From assembly GCA_951406725.2 (NCBI GenBank), contig OX597836.1, positions 23,064,001 through 23,128,000 on the forward strand: a stretch of DNA of 64,000 nucleotides, written 5' to 3'. This document shows, one piece after another, positions 1-13,770 of the stretch. The notes under the pieces were generated by a model. That model had not been told where the DNA came from. It did no database searches and saw nothing but the letters and a program-made list of their open reading frames with translations. Position numbers and translations under genes: made by a program. Every line of letters begins with the position of its first letter. Positions within the stretch are counted from its first letter, which is position 1. Source of the DNA: Octopus vulgaris. Taxonomy: Eukaryota.

Positions 1-1819
1 TAATTCATACAAAGACCATCATGAAAATAGTTATTGTTAGAAGAGTAAAAACAACAATAAACAAAATACTTGTATCCAAAGAGAATTTCCATCAAACTGG
101 AAATTATCTGGGTTAAAAGAAGAAATGCTCAGCACCTGTGAATTCTGAGCGGTAAAAAATATTACTTGGTACTTTTAAACATTTAACAGAGTCTGGCATT
201 AAAAAGGTCTTTAACTGATAATGGAAATATCCTGTGATTCTTTAACTTTTTTTTATTTAACTTCAACCACTGAATTCTTGAAAATATATTTCAAATTCCT
301 GTGAGAGAATCACAAATTCTCACTCCATTCAAGCTTACCTGAAACTCAAAAAAAATTGTATTTGTGTGTTTGTACCCTCAACCCAATGGTGCAGGTTCCA
401 CCATGTGATTAAGATGATCTTGCAATCATGTAGTTCAGAGTTCAATCCTAAAGCATGAAAATTTGGGCAAATGTCTTCTACATTTGCATTGGGTTGACCT
501 GTGTATATATATATATGTATTTTTTTTTACTCTTTTGTTTCAGTCATTTGACTGCAGCCATGCTGGAGCACCGCCTTTTGTCGAGCAAATCAACCCCAGG
601 ACTAATTCACTGCAAGCCTAGTACTTATTCTATTGGTCTCTTTTGCCGAACCACTAAGTTATGGGGATGTAAACACACTAGCATCGGTTGTCAAGCGATG
701 TTGGGGGGGACAAACACACACATATATATATATATATGACAGGATTCTTTTCAGTTTCCGTCTACCAAATCCACTCACAAGGCTTTGGTCGGCCTAAGGT
801 TATAGTAGAAGACACTTGACCAAGGTGCCACACAGTGGGACTGAACCCAGAACTATGTGGTTGGTAAGCAAGCTACTTACCACACAGCCACTCCTGTAAA
901 ATTTTAAAACAAATAAAATTTAAAATTTGTGTTGTATGCCGATAAGGCACTGCCTATGGCTACCTGGCATAATCCATGGTAATTGTACAATTGTTATTGG
1001 GCTTACATTAGGAATTCCTCAGTGTATGTTGAGTATAAAAGAGATGGAAGGCAAAATATATATATATAATTACCATCCTGAAATACAACAGTGTATGTGT
1101 ATAAATCATCATCATCATCGTTTAACGTCCGCTTTCCATGCTAGCATGGGTTGGACGGTTCAACTGGGGTCTGAGAAGCCAGAAGGCTGCACCAGGCCCA
1201 GTCTGATCTGGCAGTGTTTCTACAGCTGGATGCCCTTCCTAACGCCTATCTTTTACTTGTTTGTCATTTGACTGGCCATGCTACGGCACCACCTTAGTGT
1301 ATGTGTATATATGTATGTTTGTGTGTGTGTAAACAGCAGTCTCCCACCTTTGGCCTGCATCAGAATTCAGCCTGCTACAAAAATTCTTTGAGCATCCAAA
1401 TAAATCCATGCAGGAGGTGCCACACACAAAAGACATACCTTTCCATTTTCTAGTCTTTGTCGGTTGTGTTCCAGATATGTTTTAAATGAAGGGTGCAGGA
1501 ATTTTACAGTCACTAGTGACAGTAAATTTATCTTGTGCTTACACTAAAATTTAAGATATAACATTGTTATTCTTCAAATGCCCATTTTTATGAAACCACA
1601 AGTCAATTGGGGTTACACATCTCTCAGCATTTTATTTTGTCTTTGAGAGCCAACATTTTAACATCATCATTTCTTCCAACGTATATTGCGTTTAATTTAG
1701 TGAGCCAAATCATAAATCATGCTGCAAATAATATACAGGTAAAAAAATAAGTGCAATTCTTCAAAATTCTTTTTTTTTTTTCTCCACTAAACTGATTACA
1801 AACAGCAGTACCACCTGTG

Positions 1820-2195
1820 GGGAGGCGCAATGGCCCAGTGGTTAGGGCAGCGGACTCGCGGTTTCAATTCCCAGACCGGGCGTTGTGAGTGTTTATTGAG
1901 CGAAAATACCTAAAGCTCCACGAGGCTCTGGCAGGGGATGGTGGTGATCCCTGCTGTACTCTTTCACCACAACTTTCTCTCACTCTTACATCCTGTTTCT
2001 GTTGTACATGTATTTCAAAGGGCCGGCCTTGTCACTCTCTGTGTCACGCTGAATATCCCCGAGAACTACGTTAAGGGTACACGTATCTGTGGAGTGCTCA
2101 GCCACTTACACGTTAATTTCATGAGCAGGCTGTTCCGTTGATTCGGATCAACCGGAACCCTCATCATCGTAACCGATGGAGTGCTTCCAACAACA
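1820..2195 (+). mobile_element. tRNA-derived SINE family D
   Basis: Head GGCGCAATGGCCCAGTGGTTAGGG...GGTTTCAATTCCC; (CAA)n tail; diverged copy ~6540-6830. Confidence 0.7.
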
Positions 2196-5100
2196 CCACC
2201 TGAGGAGAGAAAAATCAGAGGAGTACAAAGTTGTCTGTTCTTCCAATTAAAATGGAAATTTCAGATGATAGAAAGAAAGGAAAACTTCCAGAAAACATTG
2301 AAACCCTAGATGTGAATGATGTTTTTAGTTAATGGAAGACAAAGTGAAAATTACAAATGTTGAAAGACAAAATTTAAAAAAAAACAAACTATTTTATTCC
2401 ATTTTTTTCTTGTTAGAATTAAAATAAAAAATGTCGATAAGAGAAAGTCTTTGTAGGAAGCAAGTCTTGCACAACCCCACCAAAATATCTTTATTGGCAT
2501 CATTCATAAGTGTACCTTGCGTTGTAGGTACAGAAAGAGGGGGTGCTGAAGGTAAGATAAACTTGAATTTTAATTATTTTTTTTTTTTAGAAAATAAATA
2601 TGATACCGTGTATTTAAAATGACATTGTAAATTGTATATATATTAGTGTATGTATATATATATATATATATATTGTGAATATAGATAAAAATGGTGTGAA
2701 GTAGGAGAAAGTCTTGAAAAATTCTGTATGTATGCATTGAACTAATCAATAACACTGATCAATGATGGATAATTTTGATCAGAGGAAAACAAATTTGATC
2801 ATCAGACGAGATGCATCATTAAAGAATGTAGTATATTAAATCCAATTACAGTGTATTATTTTATCATTTGGCAAATTTTGTTCTAATTGGCAATCAATTA
2901 CAAAGAGTTGATGGTTTTGTTTTAAAATTTTCAGTTTAGTGTATGAAAAGTTTAATTATAAAAAAACATCTAATTATAAGACTTTAAAAAAAACAAGATC
3001 AACAAGTAACATACTCTAGACTGACTAGATGCTGTTATCAACAAACAACTCAAGGTTTATGTGGTTATGGTAATAGAGGCTGTTATTCAAACTGTCTCAG
3101 TATTCATGTCACATGATGCTGTCTAACATCTTATTCTACCCAGTACAATCGGCTCAAAATGCTACATTTTGTAGAGAGAGAGAGAGAGAGAGGTGAGTAA
3201 TTTTGTATATTATATTCTCTAGGTTGAAACCTAAAGACAATATTAATCTTTGCATTTAATTGTAACTAAAGCCTTAACTGAAGAGTCATCATTACTTGTC
3301 ATAGTCAATGAAGACAGAACAGTTACTTGAGAGTAGTCTCTCTCTCTCTCTCTTTCTCTTGGGCCAAACTTAAAAATACAAGATGGATCTTTCCATAGCA
3401 AGAGTAAAAAATTTAGTATTTGAATTTTTAAACAATTTATCAACAATAAATGTCTGGGAGAGACCTGTAAAAGTTACAGACACTGTCCCTCTTCCTGTTA
3501 AAGAATTCTTTAAAGAGAAAAACCAACTTTGGAACAAGATTTCATTAGTTAGTCATTAGAAGTAAATACACATGACCGACATGAATAATAATAATAATAA
3601 TAATCCTGGCAGAAAGTTGAACAAAGCTTTATATCTAATGTAATTGATTGTCCCACTCCCTTCAATATTGCTGGTCATATACTTAAATCACTGAAATGTT
3701 ATTATTATTATTATTATTATTTATTGCTGAATCATCATTTGTAAGGGTGTTTATCACAGCAACAACTTACATTGTACATCAGCATGGCAGTAATTATCAG
3801 TAATTCTTTATGAAACCACCAAAATGATAATCATCATAATTATCAGAAATATCTGCATCAACATTATTATTATTTGATTATCAGGGGCCATCATCATCAT
3901 TATCACATAAAACATACACAAGCTTGTCATTCTCACACACACTGACAGTGGAATTTTTATATAAGATGTTACAAATACAGCCTAAGAGAGAGAGAGAAAA
4001 AACGTCCCATTATAGGAGTTGAACCATGCATCTATTGCTTGCCAGGTGTAAATATAAGTATCACTGTGTGAGTGAGCGTGTGTATATTTATGGATAATAT
4101 CAGTTTCAAATTTTGGCACAAGGCCAGCAATTTAGGGGAGTGGGGCAAGTCAATTACATTGACCCCAGTGTTCAACTGATACTTATTTTACCGACCCTGA
4201 AAGGATGAAAGGCAAAGTCAACCTCAGCAGCATTTGAACTCAGAACATAAAGACGGACGAAATGCTACTAAGCATTCTGCCCAGTATGCTAACGATTCTT
4301 ATTTCTTTATTGCCCACAAGGAGCTAAACATAGAGGGGACAAACAAGGACAGACAAAGGGATTAAGTCGATTACATCAACCCCAGTGCGTAACTGGTACT
4401 TAATTTATCGACCCCGAAAGGATGAAAGGCAAAGTCGACCTCAGCGGAATTTGAAATCAGAACATAACGGCAGACGAAATAGCGCTAAGCATTTCACCCG
4501 GCGTGCTAACGTCTCTGCCAGCTCGCCAACGATTCTATCAGCTTGCTGCCCTATATTTATGGATAATATCACTCACTGAGCATAAAGACAAAGTGAAGAG
4601 AGATCGAGATTTAAAAAGCATCAGCCACAAAGTTTTTATATGTAAATAGGATATCCGTGATGATAAAGGTGAAGAATTAGCATCCAGTTACCATTCCAAG
4701 TAGAAATAAATATATCATAGTTGATCAATGTACAATTTTACAGATGCATAAACATTATCATCATTATTTCATGCCAGCTTTTCCAAGCTGCATTGGGTTG
4801 AATAGGTTAATTTCAAGACAGCGTAATAACTCCACTTAATAACCATTCTTATTATCTCCTTTGTGAGGCTTAACGGCATCCTGAGATCAGCCCTCACCAC
4901 ACCTACCCATAGCTTTATCAATGTTATATATACACACACACATAACATTTATATATCATATTCGTCATTATTGTTCTAACATCTACTTTTCCATATTTGT
5001 GTGGGTTAGATGAGTATGTTGGGGCAGAGTTTTCAGCAGAATTCTGGTTTAAGCACCCCTTATAACCCCTCTTAACTTTTTTTATTTTGGGGGAATTTTA

Positions 5101-6149
5101 AGAAACTTTTTTCAAATTTGTGAATGGGAATACATACAATTATGCAAAAAAAAAAAAAATTTCTTAAATTTTTATCCCCACCCCTAAAATTTCCACTTTT
5201 TTTCGAATTTTTTTTTTTAATCACCTTAAAATACAGCCTGAATTTTTTGCTTAAATCCCAGCAACGGACCACCCTTGGGTGCATCATCATTCCAGTAAAT
5301 GTTTATGCGGAGAAAAATTATTGAAAAACATCAATACATGTCAGAGTGACGAAGGTATCAAATGGTTGTGGAAGGTGCTAAAAACAACAGCTAAATTGCC
5401 CTTAAATCACAATTTTTTTTTTTTGCACAATCATAGAATAATTACTGTATAGAATACAAAATTCACAAAAATTCTTTGAAAATTCCAAGAATTAATAAAA
5501 GTTATGAGGGGTTATATGTGGTGCTTTAAACCAGAATTCCAAGTTTTCTATACACAGATGCCCTTTCCTGATGCCAAGCACCCACTTGATTCCAAAGAAA
5601 GTAATAATCTACCAGTTTATCAAACAATCAACAGCCTGAACATTGTGTTACACAGAGAACTGGAAACAAACAACACTATGAATGTGCCTTGTTTTTTAAC
5701 AAAGATTGCACAATATGTTGAGAAGCCCATACGTGCTTTTGCAAGTAAACTGCAAGTAGACAACACTGTCTGCAAGGACAGCAAGGGCATTCTTTACAAT
5801 CAGAAAACACATATGAAGGTGAGGGGAAGTACAAATTCACTCACATAAACACATACATGCACAGATACATACACACACTCACACACAAGAGAAGAAAGAT
5901 AGAGAGGAAAAATTTTTTTAAAAAAAACATCAAAGTGATCAACTATTAAACAACAAAATTCTACAGCAGCCTTGCTGAAAATTGAACCCCTAACTTTTCA
6001 ACAAGACCAACTAATATGAATCAAAAAGCACCATTCAGTCATATTTTGTGCCGTGTATATATACACACATACATACATTATCTCCATCTCGCACAGGATC
6101 AACATAATGTGTATGCATATGTTCATGTATGTGTTTGTGTATATATGTA

Positions 6150-6190
<41 letters not shown>

Positions 6191-7679
6191 CTAGTTTTAA
6201 GTATTAAATTGTGGAAATTCTGGGCCACAGTGTTAAAGGCTATTATATATATAATCAAATATACTGACCCCAGTACGCAACTGGTACAAGTCTTATTGAG
6301 CTCTGAAGGCAAAAGGCAAAGTTGGCCTTGGCAGGATTCTTTGAACTCATTTGAATGTAATGGGACGTAATACCACAAGAGAATTTCTCCTCTGCCCTAC
6401 CAATGTTGCAACCTCCCCCTCCATATATCTATGTGTGTGTGTATATACACACACACACATACATATAGATATTTGACATGTATATGTATGCAATTATGGT
6501 CACAAACACCATGGTGTGTCAATGGTTATATATAACAAATATATAACCAAGAAGTGAAGAAATTTATGTTGCAATCATAAGGAGCTGGGCTCAATCCCGG
6601 GACACAGCACTTAATAGGGAGTGACAAGAAGCTGTGCAGGAGCCTGTCCAATGAAGTATAATGTCTAATTCAAATGCTCAGCCTTGTCTTGCTCACACAC
6701 ATACTATCATGCTGAGTCTACCTGAGTATTATGTGAAGAATGCATGTGGCAGGCTCAGCCACTTACACAATAACAGTGGATAGATAACTCTGTTCAAAAC
6801 AATCAAAACTCTAGGCTGCTAAGTAACACACACCATACATATACACACACATATATATATACACACACTATATATATATATATATATATAAACACATATA
6901 CACACACACACACACACACTATATATATATATATAAACACATATACACACACATACAAAGATCAAGTCATTCATCTTGCTCACAAATTTAAGATAAAGTT
7001 TATTATATATTCTTGAATGAATGCCAAATATTCAATATATACATACATACATACGTGTGTGTGTGTGTGTGTGTTTGTATATATATATATATATATATCT
7101 GTTGATTGATCAGAAGTGACAAATTACAGGACTCATTTTTTTATCAGCTGATTATCAGAAACCAGTCATTGAGTACTGAAATTGCAGCCTTTCAGATTTT
7201 CAGCTTTATATATATATATATATATAAACACACACACACACACAGGCACACATATACACCAGCATCATCATCATAATAATATGTTTTAAAATAAATCCCG
7301 CAGTCAATGTTAAATGCATTATACCAAGCGTTACTTCCCTCAGCCACTGTGGCATTCCTACACCCACCCATCCATCCCCGCCCACCCTTAAGTATACACT
7401 CAGCTCCAAACCTGAAAATAACAATTGTTTGTTTGTCTGTTGTGTGGATATCAATGTTTGTATGTGTGTATGTGTGTGTGTGAGTTAATACATATAAATG
7501 GTATAAACATGTATGTGTGTGTGTGTAGTTTTTGTGTGTGTATGCACGTTTTTAACCTAAAACCCCTTTCAACAGACATATATATATATAATATTCTATC
7601 ATTTTTTTTTTTTTTTTTTTATCTCAATCAACTCAAGCTTTACTTATTTTGGCTTGAAAGAAAGATTTTTTTTTCATCT

Positions 7680-7870
7680 TTAAGAGAATAGTTTGTAGTT
7701 TGTGTCATGGCTTTCTTGCCTTTGTTTCCAGCTTTTCTTCACCCACTGAACCACAATCAGTATCAATGGTACTGCACAGAACGTACACAGTCCTGCCATA
7801 ATATATGCCACAATCAGGAGACTCTTTTCATCATGTTCCTTAACACGGTATAAACAGTCTGTTGTATTCA
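7680..7870 (-). CDS. BACE: BACE-like exon 10: (V)NTTDCLY...transmembrane LLIVAYIMAGLCTFCAVPLILIVV, tail ...HDTNYKLFS*
   Basis: Acceptor ctgcag; in phase with exon 9; TM helix resembles BACE IAYVMAAICALFMLPL; stop TAA at 7682-7680. Confidence 0.93.
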
Positions 7871-9825
7871 CTGCAGAGAAATAGAGAAGAAAGATACGTT
7901 TACACGAGTACAATATTAAATAAATAGCATGTATGAGTGTATCATCATCATTATTTTACATCTGCTTTCTATGTCACCATTGGCTGAACAAGTTGTGATC
8001 CGAGTTAGTTCTTATGTGGTGTTATGACCCTCCCAAGATGATTCAGAGGACTACATGTTATTCATAGGTTTCGTGTTTGACTTGGTTTCTATGGCAGGGA
8101 TGTCCTTCCTAATACCTATTTCTTTATTACCCACAAGGGGCTAAACATAGAGGGGACAAACAAGGACAGACATAGGTATTAAGTCGATTACATCAACCCC
8201 AGTGCATAACTGGTACTTAATTTATCGACCCCGAAAGGATGAAAGGCAAAGTTGACCTCGGCGGAATTTGAGCTCAAAACGCAACGGCAGATGAAATACG
8301 GCTAAGCATTTCGCCCGGCATGCTAATGTTTCTGCCAGCTCGCCACCTTTGTCCTTCCTAATACCAGCCACTGTACAGAGTGTACTGGGTGCATTTTATC
8401 ATGGTGCCAACACTTGAGAAGCTGTCATCTTCATGACAAGATCATTGGCTCTTTTTAACCCTACAGTCTCTACTTGTTTGCCAACCTCCCAACCACTTCC
8501 AATCCCTCTTACCATCACTTACTATCTTTAAATATCTCCCCTCACACTCTTATGGAACACCCCCTCATTCCCCTCTGTACTACTTATATCCCACCCCACT
8601 GTTACCTGTGTTTAAACCCTCCCTCACTGACTACCTTTCTCTCTAACTCTCTCCTGCTTTTCTTTCCTTTCTTGTCCTATGGGGGTAGCCAAGTACCTAT
8701 TCTATAGTAAGACAGCTACCTGTGTCCCTCTATCATACTCTAACAACTCATCTGGCATAGGGCCACCCTTCTTGATTCCACTCCCTCTCTCAGCAGAGAG
8801 GCCTTTGTCTTGCAAGCTACTTGGCAATCCCATGGGTGCTGGTGTCATGTAGAAAGCACCCATGCTGATGTCACATAAAAAGCACACATAGTGGTACTGC
8901 ATAAAAAGCACCCAGTACACTCTGTAAAGTAGTTGGCATTAGGAAAGGTATCCAGCCATAGAAGCTATGCCAAAATAGACCATTGGAGCTTGGGGTAGCT
9001 CTCCAGCTTGCTAGCTCCTGTCAAACCATCCAACCTGTGCCAGCATGGAAAATGGATTTTAAATTATGGTGACATACAGCCATACATAAATTATATTTCC
9101 TTATATACACAGGTAATAGGAGTGCTCATTTAAAAAAATTTACAGTATAACATAAAAGTGTGAAATAGTTGAAGATGTAAACAATGGCACATCCTCCAAA
9201 AAGTTATTTCAAATCTAACATCTCAGATTCTCTATCAGGAGGCAGAAGTATGAGGGAGCAAAGTGAAAACTTGAGCTCTTATCAATACTAGAAACAGTTG
9301 AATGGTCCAAGATGAAAGAAAGACCACAACCTGACCTTTAACTGGCTTTCTGAGAGTCCCCTCTGTTATATTGGGACCATGTGCCTGGGTAGAAGATAAT
9401 GTTATTTTGCCCCCCACCAGTTTTAAGTGACCTGGAAATTGTCAAAGGTGTTACATTTTTTCTTCTGAATAATTCACAGAAAGTAAAAGTTTTTAAAAAG
9501 TGCTCTTGGTTCCAGATAACTGCTGGTGGTTCAGGAGAAGATACAACCATATTAAAAAAACTTAAGGTAAAAATTGCACTGCTTGATGCCATTTGTCAGT
9601 TCTTTTAGTAAGAACAGGGCCAAAAGATCTCATTAAGAATATTCTCCATAAATAGGTTAGTACAGAGATCACACATTTTAAGTTTTCTTCCAAGAGAACA
9701 AAAAAAGCCTGCAGTAAAATTTGAACTCCTCAACCATGAGTTTGTATCCCAGTATTTTACCTGCACAAGCTTTTCAACTCTAACAGCAGCAAAGAATAAC
9801 ATAAAAATATTCCCCAAGAACTCAC

Positions 9826-9972
9826 CTTTACTAGGAAATATGCCATCAATTGTGGACTTCTTAGTGGTTGTATTTGCAGTGAGACAAGTTGTTTCTGCAA
9901 ATCCTATGGTTTTGTTGCTTCGGTCAAATACAGTGTAGTAGCCTTCCATGATGACAGCTCCTATGACAGCAC
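9826..9972 (-). CDS. BACE: BACE-like exon 9: (G)AVIGAVIMEGYYTVFDRSNKTIGFAETTC...DGIFPSK
   Basis: Acceptor ctgcag, donor G|GTGAGT; 147 nt; GAVIMEG/FDR/IGFA motifs. Confidence 0.95.
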
Positions 9973-10766
9973 CTGCAGCAGCAAGTTACATAATTAAAAG
10001 AGAAATACTTGTGTAGATGAATGGAGAAATACAAAGGATTATGTGTGTGATGGTGGTGGAGGTGCTTAGCTTAAAGTAAATTCTGATACAGTCAACCTAT
10101 GATCAAAAACATTTCAATCGCGACCATCCAACCTCTTTCCAAGAAGCAGTGCACCTAGAACAACATTATTTACGAGTCCTTTTCCAAGTGGATGAACTAT
10201 GATTTGAGGGAAATTTGGCTGCTATTTGAAGTGGGTTCCACCACTGTACAGAGGCTCACCATGTGTTGATGGGCAATGAGGTTGATGGTGCATCTGAGAT
10301 CAGGCTTTACAAGAGTAAAACCACTGTTGAGTGAGGTAAGCAGCTTGCTTCCCAACCACATGGTTCCGGGTTCAGTCTCCTGCACGGCACCATGGGCAAG
10401 TGTCTTCTACTATAGCCTTGAGCTAACCAAAGCTTTGTGAGTGGATTTGATAGATGGAAACTGAAAGAAACCCGTCGCATATATTTGTGTCTGTGTTTGT
10501 CCCCGCACTGTCGCTTGACAACTGATGTTGGTGTGTTTATGTTCCAGTAACTTAGCAGTTCACCAAAATGGACAGATGGAATAAGTGCTGGGTTTACGAA
10601 GAATAAGTCCTGGGGTCGATTTGTTCAACTAAAGGTGGTACTCCAGCATGGCCACAGTCAAATGACTGACTGAGACACTTGAATGTGGTTCCCCCAACAT
10701 GGGCACAATTTAATAACTGGAAACAGTAAAAGCATATAGAAAATATGAACTGTAGGAAGAATTTAC

Positions 10767-10854
10767 CAGAATCAGATTTCGTTATGGCAAACTTGAAACA
10801 GTCTTCTTTTTCCGTTTGGGAGACAGAAGCATCCCCAATAGCACGTAAATATTG
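10767..10854 (-). CDS. BACE: BACE-like exon 8: QYLRAIGDASVSQTEKEDCFKFAITKSDS(G)
   Basis: Manual translation; acceptor ctgcag, donor G|GTAAAT; 88 nt; QYLR and DCxKFAI motifs. Confidence 0.94.
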
Positions 10855-11221
10855 CTGCAGAAACGAAAGAAAAAGAGATTAAATACATATAATCTAAATA
10901 CAACACTGTCAGCAAGAATCATACCAAAATATATAACATTAGGTGCAGGCATAGCTGTGGAACTAAGAAGTTTGCTTCCCAACCACATGGATCTGGGTTC
11001 AGTCCCACTGCATGGCACCTTAGGGAAGTGTCTTGTATTATAACCCAGGTTGACCAAACTGAAAAATTTCGTCACAATGAGTTAATGGCACCTTGGGCAA
11101 GTTTCTTCTACTATAGCCTCGGGCCAACCAAAGCCTTGTGAGTGGATTTGGTAGATGGAAACTGAAAGAAGCCCGTCGTATATATGTATATATGTATATA
11201 TATATATATATTATATATATA

Positions 11222-11542
11222 TTATGTGAAATAGAAAGATGAATAATCTTGTAGCAGATTAATCAAATGTTTAACCGATACCTTGGTAGCAAAAATCACA
11301 GCAGAAGACAGTACGGTTGGAGGTACAACCATATGGTGTTGCAACCGTACGTTGGTGCGGATAATTGAAATTAAAATATTATTGGTGAATTGAAGAAATG
11401 GAGCTGAACGAAGATTGAACAGAAATCGTTTTATTTCATTCTACATGTGTTTCGAAATTGTGCCTTTCGAAACACGTGTAGAATGAAATAAAACGATTTC
11501 TGTTCAATCTTCGTTCAGCTCCATTTCTTCAATTCACCAATA

Positions 11543-11550
<8 letters not shown>
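11222..11550. mobile_element. Fold-back insertion in the (TA)n of a SINE
   Basis: 86-bp inverted arms 11372-11457 / 11465-11550 with 1 mismatch; GAAACACGTGTA near the hairpin tip. Confidence 0.7.
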
Positions 11551-11586
<36 letters not shown>

Positions 11587-12034
11587 TGTGTGTGTTTGTG
11601 TGTCTGTGTTTGTTCCCCTAGCATTGCTTGACAACTGATGCTTGTGTGTTTATGGTCCCGTTACTTAGCAGTTCGGCAAAAGAGACCGATAGAATAAGTA
11701 CTGGGCTTACAAAAGAATAAGTCCCGGGGTCGAGTTGCTCGATTAAAGGCGGTGCTCCAGCATGGCTGCAGTCAAATGACTGAAACAAGTAAAAGAGAGA
11801 GAGTTGTGCAACCAAATGAAATGCTTGTTTGTTAAACTAGTAGGTAAGAGACCAACGATTCCTCAGATACGTTCATGCTTAATATAAACCTAAGGCAAAA
11901 TCACACTGAGAAACAATCAGCACACTTTATACATGTATATATAAAATTACCATGATCATCATCATTATATCAGTCTAATGAGAAATACAAATACATGAAA
12001 ACAGTTGTAAAAATGAAAGAAGGCAATATCTTAC

Positions 12035-12187
12035 CCTAGGAGAGACAATTAAGTGAAACTCAGAATTATTCCCCGTGGCTAATGCAATGGTGATCGTAGG
12101 AAACTGGTGAAAGGGAAACTTGGAATCTTTAGGACATAGCATATCTTTTCCTTCCCAGAACAGATCAGGTGGTGGTTGATTGTCTAA
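12035..12187 (-). CDS. BACE: BACE-like exon 7: LDNQPPPDLFWEGKDMLC...FPTITIALATGNNSEFHLIVSPR
   Basis: Within ORF 11975..12295; acceptor caacag, donor AGG|GTAAGA; 153 nt; FWxG...C...FP pattern. Confidence 0.92.
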
Positions 12188-13053
12188 CTGTTGAACAACA
12201 ATAACAACAACAAGATTAACAACAACATTTAACAAAAGGATATGTTCCGCTTTTTTGTGTATCTTTGAGGGAGGGGTATATTTCTGGTTAGGCAAAAAAA
12301 AAACCCAGAATTGTCTAGAAATTATGTATATCGACCTGTTACAACAATAGAGGTATACATTGAGTCATTCCATGTGCTAGAGATAGCAACAAATCACCTC
12401 CTGTTTGAAAGAAGTAAGGATATATTACATCAGTGTTTCTTGTAGGGGAAAAAGCATAACATAGTAGCACAATATAGCAGGATGAGAGTAGCATAACACA
12501 GTGGGATAATATAAGTAGATAACAAAATAAAACAATGTAATAGGATAACAAAATGACATAGTGGGACAAAACATAATAAGGTAACTGTGAGCAACACAAT
12601 GGGATAACACTGAATACTTTCACCCAGGGCACTATACTTTCTGTCACCCGATTTCTTAATAATAATTGTTTCTAGTTTTGGAACAAAACCTCAATTTTTT
12701 TGAGAGGAGAAGAGAAATGGTAATTAAATCAGCTCAATTACTTAAATGGTACTTTATTTCATCAATTCTCCAAAAGGAAGGAAAGTAAATCTGACCTAGG
12801 CAGGGTTTGAGGCCAGAACATAAAGGGCCGAAACAATTACACAATAACAACTAAAATATGATAAAAAACAAAAAAAAAGAAAAGAAAAAGAAATTCAAAT
12901 TCAAAACCAAAAGACTCCAGAATCATCATCATCATTTAATGACTATTTTCTAATGATGGTATGAGTCCTAAGTGTAAATTCCATTCATCAGTAATATACT
13001 CTTGTGGTGAGGATGGGGGAAAATTCTTCGTTATTAATCAAATAAAAAAAAAA

Positions 13054-13770
13054 GTAGAGATAGAACATAATAAATTTAAGTTAAGCAGGGTCTTCATTGA
13101 ATTTTGACCTATTGCATATAAAAAAAAAAAAACTTCTTGTAAACTATATATACACTAGCAGCATAGCCCGGCGTTGCCCGGGTATGTAAGAGCCCTTAGT
13201 AGGCAACGACTAATCCCAATCTAGTCCTTTCCCTCTAGGGAACGAAGGCGCATGTGTAGGTTGCAATGTCTTCTGTGTATACGATGTTCCTAGCTGTCCC
13301 TTTGGGCGAAAATCGATTGCAAGTTGCGAAAACTACAACAGAAAATGTGTTGTATATAAAAAGCTGAGATTTTCAACCCCATGTCGAATTTATCGATTTT
13401 TTCAAAACTGGGGGAACTTTTCAAAATTTTCGCTGCGTTAGTTTTGAATTATGACATTGGGCTATGTGTGTGTTTAGTTTCATCAGAATCGGTTGAAGCT
13501 GTGGTCAGGGTGAGGGTACAACCTGACAGACACACAGACAGACAAACTGCAGTTTATATATAGAGAGATAAGAAATATTTACTGCCTATGTTAAAAAATA
13601 AACTAGTTTTATTCAAATATGTAGAGATAGAACATAATAAATTTAAGTTAAGCAGGGTCTTCATTGAATTTTGACCTATTGCATATAAAAAAAAAACTTC
13701 TAGTAAACTATATATACATAAGAAATATTTACTGCCTATGTTAAAAAATAAACTTGTTTTATTCAAATAT
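13054..13770. repeat. ~150-bp tandem duplication; first copy interrupted by the Helitron
   Basis: 13054-13154 plus 13569-13620 matches 13621-13770. Confidence 0.9.
13155..13568 (-). mobile_element. Non-autonomous Helitron
   Basis: Minus strand 5'-TC...CTAG-3', hairpin CCCGGGCAACGCCGGG just before CTAG, (GACA)n near 5' end; inserted between A and T with no TSD. Confidence 0.85.

Noticed and set aside
1820-1885. tRNA genes at SINE heads (also 22900-22973, 39720-39785)
   Set aside because: Incomplete cloverleaves continuous with SINE bodies or degraded heads
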